This document shows, one piece after another, positions 20,827 through 29,461 of a DNA stretch of 64,000 nucleotides (positions are counted from its first letter, which is position 1; each line of letters opens with the position of its first letter). Source of the stretch: an uncultured Acidobacteriota bacterium (lineage in GTDB: Bacteria > Acidobacteriota > Thermoanaerobaculia > UBA5066); assembly GCA_963779415.1 (NCBI GenBank), contig CAVZYA010000003.1, forward strand, positions 320,001 through 384,000. Direction: 5' to 3'. The notes beneath the pieces are model-generated. The model worked only from the letters and a program-made list of their open reading frames with translations, had not been told where the DNA came from and made no database searches. The translations under genes and the position numbers were made by a program.

Positions 20827-21435
20827 ATGGGAGCCTCCCTCGCCGTCGCGCTCTTCCTCCTCGCCTCCCCCGCTCCACGGGACGGCTGGCCGCTGGCCGC
20901 CGAGCTGCTCGTCGGCGCCGACGCCGCCGCTCTCGCTCCCCCCGACTTCAAGCGCCAGATCGTCAGACACCGTGATCGGCTGATGGCAGGAATCCGGGAT
21001 GCCGCCGGGGCCGACTCCGGAGGAAACGACGCGGCAACACACCGGGCGGCGGCCGCACGGCTGGCCCGGAAGATGGCTGCCGCCATCCGCGGCCGGACCC
21101 CCTTCGAAGACGTCGCCTTCATGTCGGGCGGCCTCGTCCACGAAGCGGCCGAGGCGGCGCGCCTCTCGGGCGGCGCCGATGCCGGTGAGCTCGCGCGCGC
21201 CTCGAAGAGGGCGCGCTTCCTCGGCTACTCCGCCCCCCCGTTCGCCGATCCCGAGGCCCTCGCGGCCAGCGTCCCGCTCTCTCCCGGCGCGACGCCCACG
21301 GCCGTCTACGACGCCGCCGTGACCGTCTCGACGCGTCTCTTCGCCTGGGTCTGGAAGAGCGCCGGCGGAGATGCCTCGATCGTGACGAAGTACCCCGGAT
21401 CGGGGGGCCCTTACCCTCTCCGGGATTCCCCGTAG
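20827..21435 (+). CDS. secreted hypothetical protein, possibly a degenerate Zn-phospholipase C / S1-P1 fold
   Basis: Signal peptide followed by DGWP; helical protein with AFMSGGLVHEAAE and a YDAAV...FAWVWKSAGG end. The fold call is tentative. Confidence 0.55.
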   Translation: MGASLAVALFLLASPAPRDGWPLAAELLVGADAAALAPPDFKRQIVRHRDRLMAGIRDAAGADSGGNDAATHRAAAARLARKMAAAIRGRTPFEDVAFMSGGLVHEAAEAARLSGGADAGELARASKRARFLGYSAPPFADPEALAASVPLSPGATPTAVYDAAVTVSTRLFAWVWKSAGGDASIVTKYPGSGGPYPLRDSP

Positions 21436-21447
21436 AATCCGCCCGCC

Positions 21448-22992
21448 GTGAAGAACAGACGCCGCGCCCTCCTCTCCGTTTCCGACCGCACCGGTCTCCT
21501 CGAATTCGCGCGGGGGCTCGCGGCTCTCGGCTTCGAGATCGTCTCCACCGGAGGAACCGCCGCCGCCCTCGCGGAGGGGGGGCTCGGCGTCACGCCCGTC
21601 TCGGACCTGACATCTTTTCCCGAACTCTTCGGCGGGCGGGTCAAGACCCTCCATCCGAAGGTCTTCGGAGGAATCCTCTACGACCGCTCGTCACCACGCG
21701 ACGCCGCCGAAGCCGCGACCAACGAGGTCGGACCGATCGACGTCGTCGCCGTGAACCTCTATCCCTTCGAGCAGACGATCGCCTCCGGCACCGCAACGTT
21801 CGCCGAGGCGATCGAGAAGATCGACATCGGCGGGCCGTCGCTCCTTCGTGCCGCAGCCAAGAACCATGCGCACGTTGCCGTGGTCTGCGATCCGGCGGAC
21901 TACCCTTCGGTCCTCGAGGAGCTGCGCGCCGGCGGGGCCGTCACGGGCGCCACGCGGTGCCGGCTCGCGGCGAAGGTCTTCCGGCGGACCGCCGCCTACG
22001 ACGCCGCGATCGCGCGATGGTTCTCCCGCGAGGCGGGGGCGGGCGACTTCCCGGAGCGCCTGACGCCCTCGTTCGCGCTCGTCTCCAGGCTTCGTTACGG
22101 GGAAAACCCGCACCAGAGAGGCGCGCTCTACGCCGATCCGGCGGCCTCTCCGGCCGCGCTCGCCCGGGCCCGGGTGCTCCAGGGGAAGGAGCTTTCGTAC
22201 AACAACTTCCTCGACGCCGACGCCGCGCTCTTCGCGGCGCGCACTCTCGGCGCCGGAGGCCTCGCGATCATCAAGCACCGGATACCCTCCGGCGCCGCCA
22301 TCGCCCCGACCCTCGCGGAGGCCTTCGCGGCGGCCTGGGAGTCGGACCCCATCGCGGGCTTCGGAGGGGTCGTGGCATACGCCGGCGTTCTCGACGCCGA
22401 GGGAGCCGCCGCGCTCACTTCCCGATTCCTCGAGGTCGTCGTCGTCCACGCCGTGACCGAGGACGCGAAGCCCTTCCTCGCGAAGAAGCCGAACCTCCGG
22501 ATCCTCACCGTGGCGCCGGAGAGCGGGCCCCGGCCGCGCCTCGAGATGCGCGGCGTCGACGGCGGCCTCCTCGTCGAGGACGGAGATCTCGGCCCCGACG
22601 ACGAGGGTGCCTGGAAGGTCGTGACGAAGCGCGCCCCGACGGAAGCCGAGCGGGCCGCGCTCCGCTTCGCCTTCAAGGTCGTCCGGGCGGTCGTCTCGAA
22701 TGCGATCGTCGTCGCCGGTCCCTCCGCGACTTACGGAATCGGCGGCGGACGGACGAGCCGCGTCGACGCCTGCCGCGACGCCGTGGAAAAGGCCGGCGCC
22801 CGCGCCCGGGGGGCCGTCGCCGCGTCGGACGCCTTCTTTCCGTTCCCCGACGGCCCCGAGGTCCTCGCGGGCGCGGGGGTGACCGCGATCATTCAGCCGG
22901 GAGGCTCGGTCCGGGACGCCGAGGCCGTCGCGGCAGCCGATGCCGCAGGCGTCGCCATGCTCTTCACGGGCACGCGGCACTTCCGCCATTGA
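21448..22992 (+). CDS. purH: bifunctional AICAR transformylase / IMP cyclohydrolase
   Basis: RALLSVSD, GGRVKTLHP, IDIGGPS, LRYGENPHQ, ASDAFFPF and FTGTRHFRH motifs. Confidence 0.97.
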   Translation: MKNRRRALLSVSDRTGLLEFARGLAALGFEIVSTGGTAAALAEGGLGVTPVSDLTSFPELFGGRVKTLHPKVFGGILYDRSSPRDAAEAATNEVGPIDVVAVNLYPFEQTIASGTATFAEAIEKIDIGGPSLLRAAAKNHAHVAVVCDPADYPSVLEELRAGGAVTGATRCRLAAKVFRRTAAYDAAIARWFSREAGAGDFPERLTPSFALVSRLRYGENPHQRGALYADPAASPAALARARVLQGKELSYNNFLDADAALFAARTLGAGGLAIIKHRIPSGAAIAPTLAEAFAAAWESDPIAGFGGVVAYAGVLDAEGAAALTSRFLEVVVVHAVTEDAKPFLAKKPNLRILTVAPESGPRPRLEMRGVDGGLLVEDGDLGPDDEGAWKVVTKRAPTEAERAALRFAFKVVRAVVSNAIVVAGPSATYGIGGGRTSRVDACRDAVEKAGARARGAVAASDAFFPFPDGPEVLAGAGVTAIIQPGGSVRDAEAVAAADAAGVAMLFTGTRHFRH

Positions 22993-23597
22993 GGCTCGCG
23001 CTTCTTCTCCCCTTTCTTCTCGCGGCGGCCGATCCGGCCTCGGTTCTTTCGGCCGTCCGGAAGGCCTACACGGCGAGCGCGTCCTCGACCTCGAAGTTCG
23101 TCGAGACGTACGCGCCCGCGGGGTTTCCGGCCGCGGCTCCCGAGGCGGGACGCGTGACGCTTCAGGCCCCGGACCAGGTCCGGTTCGACTACGACGGGCC
23201 GGAGGGAAAGCTCTTCACGTTCGACGGGAAAGCCGCGCGCCAGTACGTCGCGGCCGACAACCAGATGATCGTCAAGACGCTCCGCCCCGAGGAGCGCGAG
23301 AGGCTTCCGCTCCTCTTTCTCGAGTCGCCCGAGACGGTCCTCCGGCGCTATACGGTCACGGCGAGCGACTCGGGGGGAGGGCTCGTCGAGCTGACGCTCC
23401 GCCCGAGGGCCGGGAGCGAGCCGTCCCGGATCCTCCTCGACGTCGACGCGTCCGGAGAGGTGAAGCGTCTCGTCGTCACGGACGCCGCCGGCAACCGGAC
23501 GACGTTCGACTTCTCGGACAAGGAGGCCGGCCCGCGCCGGCCCGCTTCCGACTTCACGCTGAGTCCTCCGGCCGGGACGAAAGTCCTCGCGGACTGA
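22989..23597 (+). CDS. lolA: outer-membrane lipoprotein carrier LolA-like protein
   Basis: TTG start overlaps the purH stop; signal peptide, GRVTLQAPDQVRFDY, FTFDGK, DAAGNRTTFDF and FTLSPPAGTKV. Confidence 0.75.
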   Translation: MRLALLLPFLLAAADPASVLSAVRKAYTASASSTSKFVETYAPAGFPAAAPEAGRVTLQAPDQVRFDYDGPEGKLFTFDGKAARQYVAADNQMIVKTLRPEERERLPLLFLESPETVLRRYTVTASDSGGGLVELTLRPRAGSEPSRILLDVDASGEVKRLVVTDAAGNRTTFDFSDKEAGPRRPASDFTLSPPAGTKVLAD

Positions 23598-23615
23598 AAG
23601 GAGTGAGGACGAATC

Positions 23616-24107
23616 ATGGGTGACCCGAGCTTCGACGTCGTCTCCGAGGTAAACCTCCCGGAAGTCGCCAATGCGGTCGCCCAGGCCCAGAAGGAAATCG
23701 GCCAGCGCTTCGACCTCAAAGCGACCGCCGCCGGCCTCACGCTAGCCGCCACCGAGCTGACGCTCGCGGCGAACGACGAGTTCGGCCTCAAGGCCGTGAA
23801 CGACGTTCTCCAGGCGAAGCTCGTCAAGCGCTCGGTTCCCCTGAAAGCTCTCGACTACGGCGCCGTCGAGCCTGCGGCGAAGGGAACCGTACGGCAGGTC
23901 GTCACGATCCGTCAGGGGATCGCGATCGAGAAGGCCCGGGAGATCGTCAAGGCGATCAAGGACGCGAAGCTCAAGGTTCAGGTGTCGATCCAGGGGGACC
24001 AGGTGCGCGTCACGGGGAAGAAGAAGGACGACCTCCAGTCCGTCATCGCCCTCCTCCGGGCCGCGGATTTCCGCATTCCCCTCCAGTTCACGAACTACCG
24101 GGGCTGA
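23616..24107 (+). CDS. yajQ: YajQ family nucleotide/c-di-GMP-binding protein
   Basis: PSFDVVSEV, RFDLK, IQGDQVRVTGKKKDDLQ and LQFTNYR motifs. Confidence 0.95.
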   Translation: MGDPSFDVVSEVNLPEVANAVAQAQKEIGQRFDLKATAAGLTLAATELTLAANDEFGLKAVNDVLQAKLVKRSVPLKALDYGAVEPAAKGTVRQVVTIRQGIAIEKAREIVKAIKDAKLKVQVSIQGDQVRVTGKKKDDLQSVIALLRAADFRIPLQFTNYRG

Positions 24108-24195
24108 GCGTCCGCCCCGCGACATCCCTCCTCCCCGGGCCGTCGTCGTCGGTGCGGGAAAAGGAGGCGCTCGCGATAAGATCGCCGCCGGATCG

Positions 24196-25254
24196 ATGAA
24201 GCCGAGCACTCTGAAGGAGCGCCTTCTCACCGCCACTCTCCCGGCCGAGGAGCGTGAGAACGGCCGACGGCTCCTCCGGGCACTCGAGCCGATCCGTTCG
24301 AAGCTGGACCAGGTGGAGGCGGAGCTGGCTCAGCGCAGCCGTTCCCCGATCCCGACGATCTCGCTCATCGGGGACTACCTCGTCGAGGGGGGCGGCAAAC
24401 GGATCCGGCCGTCGCTCCTCCTCCTCGCCTCCCGGCTCCTCGGCTACGACGGGGAGCGCGACGTCCGTTACGCGGCCGTCATCGAGTTCATCCACACGGC
24501 GACCCTCGTCCACGACGACATCATCGACGACGCGGAGACGCGCCGCGGCCGTGCCAGCGTGAACCGGCGCTGGGGAAACGAGCTGACGGTCCTCTTCGGC
24601 GACTACCTCTATATGAAGTCGATGGAGATCTCCCTCGAGGAAGGGGACCTCCGGGTCCTTCAGCTCCTCTCGCGTGTGACGCTCGAGATGACCGAGGGGG
24701 AGATCATCGCGTCGGAGAGGCGGGGGCTCCTCGAGCTGACGCTCGACGGCTACCTCGACATCGTCCGGCGAAAGACGGCTCTGCTCTTCGCGGCGTCGTG
24801 CCGGATCCCGGCGTTCCTCGTCGACACCTTCCACGGAGAGCCGGCGGAAGCGTGGGGCGAGCGCCTCTGGGAGTTCGGTCTCTCCCTCGGAATCGCCTTC
24901 CAGCTCCAGGACGACCTCCTCGACTACACGGCGACGGAAGAGGAGCTGGGCAAGCCGGTCCTTTCCGACCTTCGTGAGGGAAAGCTGACCCTTCCCCTCA
25001 TCCTGAGCCTCGAGGACGCCACCTGGGCCGAGCGGAAGCAGATCGAGACCGTCGTGGCCGAGGGACGCTTTCTCTCCGTCTCCCCGGGGGAGATCCTCGC
25101 GATCGTCGAACGGCTGGGGGCGGTCGAGCGGGCGCGCCGGATGGTCGATGACTACGCAGAGCGCGCCCGCCGCATCGCCGAAGCGTTTCCCGATTCCCCC
25201 TCTCGGGACGGGCTCCTTCTGGCGGCCGATTTCGCGGCCCACCGCCGTAAATAG
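24196..25254 (+). CDS. trans-polyprenyl diphosphate synthase (IspB/HepT-like)
   Basis: GGKRIRP, IHTATLVHDDIID, RRG, KTA and FQLQDDLLDY motifs. Confidence 0.92.
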   Translation: MKPSTLKERLLTATLPAEERENGRRLLRALEPIRSKLDQVEAELAQRSRSPIPTISLIGDYLVEGGGKRIRPSLLLLASRLLGYDGERDVRYAAVIEFIHTATLVHDDIIDDAETRRGRASVNRRWGNELTVLFGDYLYMKSMEISLEEGDLRVLQLLSRVTLEMTEGEIIASERRGLLELTLDGYLDIVRRKTALLFAASCRIPAFLVDTFHGEPAEAWGERLWEFGLSLGIAFQLQDDLLDYTATEEELGKPVLSDLREGKLTLPLILSLEDATWAERKQIETVVAEGRFLSVSPGEILAIVERLGAVERARRMVDDYAERARRIAEAFPDSPSRDGLLLAADFAAHRRK

Positions 25255-25375
25255 CTGCCCGCGAAGCAGATCCGCTGATCCACCTTATTCCTAATTTCCT
25301 TAGGCCAATGGCGGGAGTATCCCCTTATGTTTTCTGGCAGGCACGGCATTCGACCAGAATCTGACGTAAGAAGTT

Positions 25376-25406
25376 AGGGCCATCGTCGCTATGGCCTTTT
25401 ATTTTT
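25376..25406 (+). terminator. intrinsic terminator-like hairpin
   Basis: AGGGCCAT-CGTCGCT-ATGGCCTT followed by TTATTTTT. Confidence 0.6.
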
Positions 25407-25419
25407 CGGATTTCTCTTG

Positions 25420-25452
25420 ATTTTCACAGCTCATGGGAATAACTTCTCCACA
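25420..25452. promoter_or_regulatory. cluster of three DnaA-box-like 9-mers
   Basis: ATTTTCACA (25420-28), TGGGAATAA (25434-42, reverse complement TTATTCCCA) and TTCTCCACA (25444-52); each is one mismatch from TTWTNCACA. Confidence 0.35.
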
Positions 25453-25495
25453 GCCCCTGATGGTCGAATAGAACGCAACGCCGAACGGAGAGGGA

Positions 25496-25930
25496 ATGTT
25501 CGAGAAGCTCTTCCGATCGTTCCGGACGACCTTCAACGATTCGCGTCGTGAGGAGTTCACGCTCGAAGAGGAAGTCGCCCTCTACCGCCACCGCGCCGAC
25601 CTCGCGCTCGAGGAAGAGCGCTGGAACGACGCGTTGGTCTTCCTGGCCAAGATCCTTCGCCTGAACCCGTACGACCTGCAGGCCCGCATGGCCGTCGCCT
25701 GGACCTACCACTACAAGCTCGGCGAGGCGACGAAGGCGCTCCTGACGTACGAGAAGGTGATCGCCGCCGCAGGCTATGACGAGTCGAACTCGTACTCTGC
25801 GGCCGCGCGCGAAGGGATTCGAGAGCTTGCCTTTTCCGCCGAAGTTCCGTCTCTTCCGATGGACGGCCTGATGGACGAAGAGTCCGAAGCCGGGCCCTCG
25901 GGCGACGCCTCCCGAAGCGCCGCCGTCTAG
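25496..25930 (+). CDS. small TPR-repeat protein
   Basis: ALVFLAKILRLNPYDLQARMAVAWTY...ALLTYEKVI has TPR periodicity; purine-rich SD GGAGAGGGA upstream. Confidence 0.75.
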   Translation: MFEKLFRSFRTTFNDSRREEFTLEEEVALYRHRADLALEEERWNDALVFLAKILRLNPYDLQARMAVAWTYHYKLGEATKALLTYEKVIAAAGYDESNSYSAAAREGIRELAFSAEVPSLPMDGLMDEESEAGPSGDASRSAAV

Positions 25931-26027
25931 CCTCCTCCTTCTCCCGTTCCCCGGTCTCGCGCCCGCCTCCGGGCGGGCGTCTCCTCTTTCGTTGACGATT
26001 CCTCGGGGCGCGATGCTAGTATCGAAC

Positions 26028-26813
26028 GTGCCCCGCGTTGCGGTCGTCATCCCTTCCCGATTCGGCGCCGAGCGCTTTCCGGGCAAGCCTCTCCACCCCA
26101 TTGCCGGTGTTCCGATGGTCGTCCGCGTCCTGAAGCGGGCGCAGGAGGCGGAAAGGATCGACCTCGTCCTCGTCGCGACGGACGACGCGCGGATCGCCTC
26201 CGCCGTCGAGGCGGCGGGCGGCCGGGCCGTCCTGACCGACCCGGCCCTCCCGTCGGGAACCGACCGGGTCTTCGCGGCCGTCCGCGACCTACCGGTCGAG
26301 ATCGTCCTGAACGTCCAGGGGGACGAGCCGCTCATGGACCCGCGCAACATCGAGCGCGTGGCCGATTTCCTTCGGGCGCACCCGGAGTTCCCCCTCGCCA
26401 CGGTCGCGCTCCCCCTCCCGGAAGAGGGCGACGCCGCCGATCCGAACGTCGTCAAGGTCGTCCGCGGCGACGACGGCCGGGCCCTCTACTTCTCGCGCGC
26501 GCCCATTCCGTATCGCCGCCGGCCCGAGCCGGGCCTTGCCACACTGAAACATCTCGGGCTCTACGGCTACCGGAAGGAGGCCCTGAAGCGCTGGACCGAG
26601 CTGCCTCCGCACCCGCTCGAGCGGGCCGAGAGCCTCGAGCAGCTCCGCGCCCTCGCGGCCGGGATGGCGATGGCCGTTCTCGATGCCGCGAGCGACTCGA
26701 TCGGGGTCGACACGATCGAGGATGCCCGAAGAGTCGAGGAGATTCTGAGAAAGCGTGACCTGGGCCCCGAAGCCAACATCGTGATTCCCGCGGAGGTGCA
26801 GAGTGGGAACTAA
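26028..26813 (+). CDS. kdsB: CMP-Kdo synthetase
   Basis: [34 protein letters not shown] and ESLEQLRAL motifs. Confidence 0.96.
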   Translation: MPRVAVVIPSRFGAERFPGKPLHPIAGVPMVVRVLKRAQEAERIDLVLVATDDARIASAVEAAGGRAVLTDPALPSGTDRVFAAVRDLPVEIVLNVQGDEPLMDPRNIERVADFLRAHPEFPLATVALPLPEEGDAADPNVVKVVRGDDGRALYFSRAPIPYRRRPEPGLATLKHLGLYGYRKEALKRWTELPPHPLERAESLEQLRALAAGMAMAVLDAASDSIGVDTIEDARRVEEILRKRDLGPEANIVIPAEVQSGN

Positions 26814-28495
26814 GTACATCTTCATTACCGGCGGCGTGGTCTCGGGCCTCGGAAAGGGAATCGCGGCGGCTTCGATGGGCGCCCTCCTCGAGGCCCGGGG
26901 ATTCAAGGTCACCCTCCAGAAGTTCGACCCGTACATCAACGTCGATCCCGGCACGATGTCCCCGTTCCAGCACGGCGAGGTCTACGTGACGGACGACGGC
27001 GCCGAGACCGACCTCGACCTCGGGCATTACGAGCGCTTCACGTCGGCAATCACGGGAAAGGCGAACAGCATCTCGACGGGGAAGATCTACCAGGCCGTCA
27101 TCGAGAAGGAGCGGCGAGGCGATTACCTCGGAAAGACCGTGCAGGTCATTCCGCACATCACGGACGAGATCAAGGACGGGATTCGCCGCGTGGCCGGCGA
27201 CAACGACGTCGTCCTCGTCGAAATCGGCGGTACGGTGGGCGACATCGAGTCGCTCCCTTTCCTCGAGGCGATCCGGCAGTTCCGGCAGGACGTCGGGCGC
27301 GGCAACGCGATCAACGTCCACCTGACCCTCGTCCCCCACATCGCCGCCTCGGACGAGCTGAAGACGAAGCCGACGCAGCATTCCGTGAAGGAGCTCCTCT
27401 CCATCGGGATCCAGCCCGACATCCTCCTCTGCCGGGCCGACCGTGCCGATCCCCGAGGAGATGAAGAAGAAGATCTCTCTTTTCTGCAACGTGGATGAGA
27501 GGGCCGTCATCACGGCCCAGGACGTTCCGAGCATCTACGAGGTCCCCCTCGCCTTCGCCCGCGAGGGCCTCGACGAGATCCTTCTCGACTACCTCTCGCT
27601 CCCCCACTACACGCGCGATCTCGCGAAGTGGGAGCAGATCGTGAACCGCGTGAAGAACCCGGCCGAGGAGGTCACGATCGCCATCTGCGGGAAGTACGTC
27701 CAGCTGGGCGACAGCTACAAGTCGCTGAACGAGGCGCTCCACCACGGCGGCATCGCGAACGGCCTGAAGGCGAAGCTCGTCTTCGTCGATTCCGAAGAGC
27801 TGGAGGCGAGCGGCTTCCCGGATACGCTCGTGAGCGCGGACGCCATCCTGATCCCCGGCGGCTTCGGCAAGCGCGGGATCGAGGGGAAGATCCAGGCGAT
27901 CCGGTATGCGCGCGAGATGAAGGTGCCGTTCTTCGGCATCTGCCTCGGGATGCAGTGCGCCGTGATCGAGTACGCCCGGCACGTCGTGGGGCTCGAGCAT
28001 GCGAACTCCACCGAGTTCGATCCGGACGCGCCGCACAAGGTCATCTACAAGCTTCGCGACCTCCTGAAGGTGGAGGCCCTCGGCGGGACGATGCGGCTCG
28101 GCAAGTACCCGTGCGACCTCGCGGAGGGCTCCCTCGCGCGCCGCTGCTACGGCGAGGCCCAGATCTGGGAGCGCCACCGTCACCGGTACGAGGTGAACCA
28201 GGAGTACCTCGGCCCCCTCCGGAGCGCCGGAATGAGCTTCGCGGGGATGTCGCCCGACCGGAAGTTCGTGGAGATGGTCGAGCTGACGGATCACCCCTGG
28301 TTCCTCGGCTGCCAGTTCCACCCCGAGTTCAAGAGCAAGCCGACCGTGCCGCATCCTCTCTTCAGGGACTTCGTCCGCGCGGCGCGGGCTCACAAGCACG
28401 CTCGGCGGCAGGGAGCCGAGCGGACGGCGTCGGAGCTCTCCCCCGTCGTCGAGGCCCCGGCCCATCTCCCGACCCCGAACGGCGAATCCGCCTGA
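26803..28495 (+). CDS. pyrG: CTP synthase (+1 frameshift near 27444, probably a sequencing error)
   Basis: [16 protein letters not shown] and KTKPTQHSV in one frame; [20 protein letters not shown] and QFHPEF in another. Removing one base gives 564 codons. Confidence 0.95.
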
Positions 28496-28564
28496 AGAGG
28501 GCCCGAAGGCCGGAGCTTCTCCTCGCGGCGGTCCCTGCAGGCGCTGCTACGATGGAGGGCGCCC

Positions 28565-29404
28565 ATGAAGGTCTTCGCGTCGATCACCCCTCATCTCTCC
28601 GTCGGTGACCGCTGCCGCCCCGTCTTCTTCGCCGGGCCGTGCGTCCTCGAGTCGCGAGCGCACGCCCTGAAGATGGCGAGGGAAATCAAGAAGGTCTTCA
28701 CCGATCTCGGCGCCGCCGACCGGCTCGTCTTCAAGTCCTCGTTCGACAAGGCGAACCGGAGCGCGGGCGACTCGTTCCGGGGTCCCGGTCTCGAGAAGGG
28801 GCTTTCGATCCTGTCGGAGGTGAAGGAGAAGACGGACCTTCCTGTCGTGACCGACGTCCACGAGCCCGAGCAGTGCGCGATCGCCGCCGAGGTCGCCGAC
28901 GTCCTCCAGATCCCGGCGTTCCTCTGCCGGCAGACCGACCTCATCCTCGCCGCCGCGGGGACGGGGAGGGCGCTGAACGTGAAGAAGGGGCAGTTCCTCG
29001 CCCCGGACGACGCCAAGCAGATCGTCGAGAAGTGCCGCGCCGCGGGAAACGGGAACATGATTCTCTGCGAGCGCGGGACGACCTTCGGCTACCACAACCT
29101 CGTCGTCGACTTCCGCGCGCTCCCCATGATGCGCGCGCTCGGCGTCCCGGTGATCTACGACGCGACGCACTCCCTCCAGCTCCCGGGCGGCCTCGGGACG
29201 GAGACGGGGGGCTCCCGCGAGTACGCCCCCGCTCTCGCACGCGCCGCCGCCGCCGTCGGCGCCGACGGCTACTTCTTCGAGGTCCACGACGACCCGGCGC
29301 ACGCGAAGTCCGACCGCGCCACGCAGCTCCCCCTCGCGACCCTCCCGAAGTTCCTCTCGGACCTCCTGAAGTTCGACGCCCTCCGGCGCGAGACGAACCC
29401 TTAG
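28565..29404 (+). CDS. kdsA: KDO8P synthase
   Basis: AGPCVLES, KSSFDKANRS, QIPAFLCRQTD, KKGQF and DATHS motifs. Confidence 0.97.
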   Translation: MKVFASITPHLSVGDRCRPVFFAGPCVLESRAHALKMAREIKKVFTDLGAADRLVFKSSFDKANRSAGDSFRGPGLEKGLSILSEVKEKTDLPVVTDVHEPEQCAIAAEVADVLQIPAFLCRQTDLILAAAGTGRALNVKKGQFLAPDDAKQIVEKCRAAGNGNMILCERGTTFGYHNLVVDFRALPMMRALGVPVIYDATHSLQLPGGLGTETGGSREYAPALARAAAAVGADGYFFEVHDDPAHAKSDRATQLPLATLPKFLSDLLKFDALRRETNP

Positions 29405-29461
29405 GAGAGTCGCGCCCCACAGACGTCGACTCGAGCGGCCCTTCTCGCCGGCTGAGTGACA

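Noticed and set aside
25255-25495. Replication origin oriC
   Set aside because: Only one-mismatch DnaA boxes, no DnaA-trio run, and no dnaA, dnaN or gidA nearby; kept only as a low-confidence box cluster.
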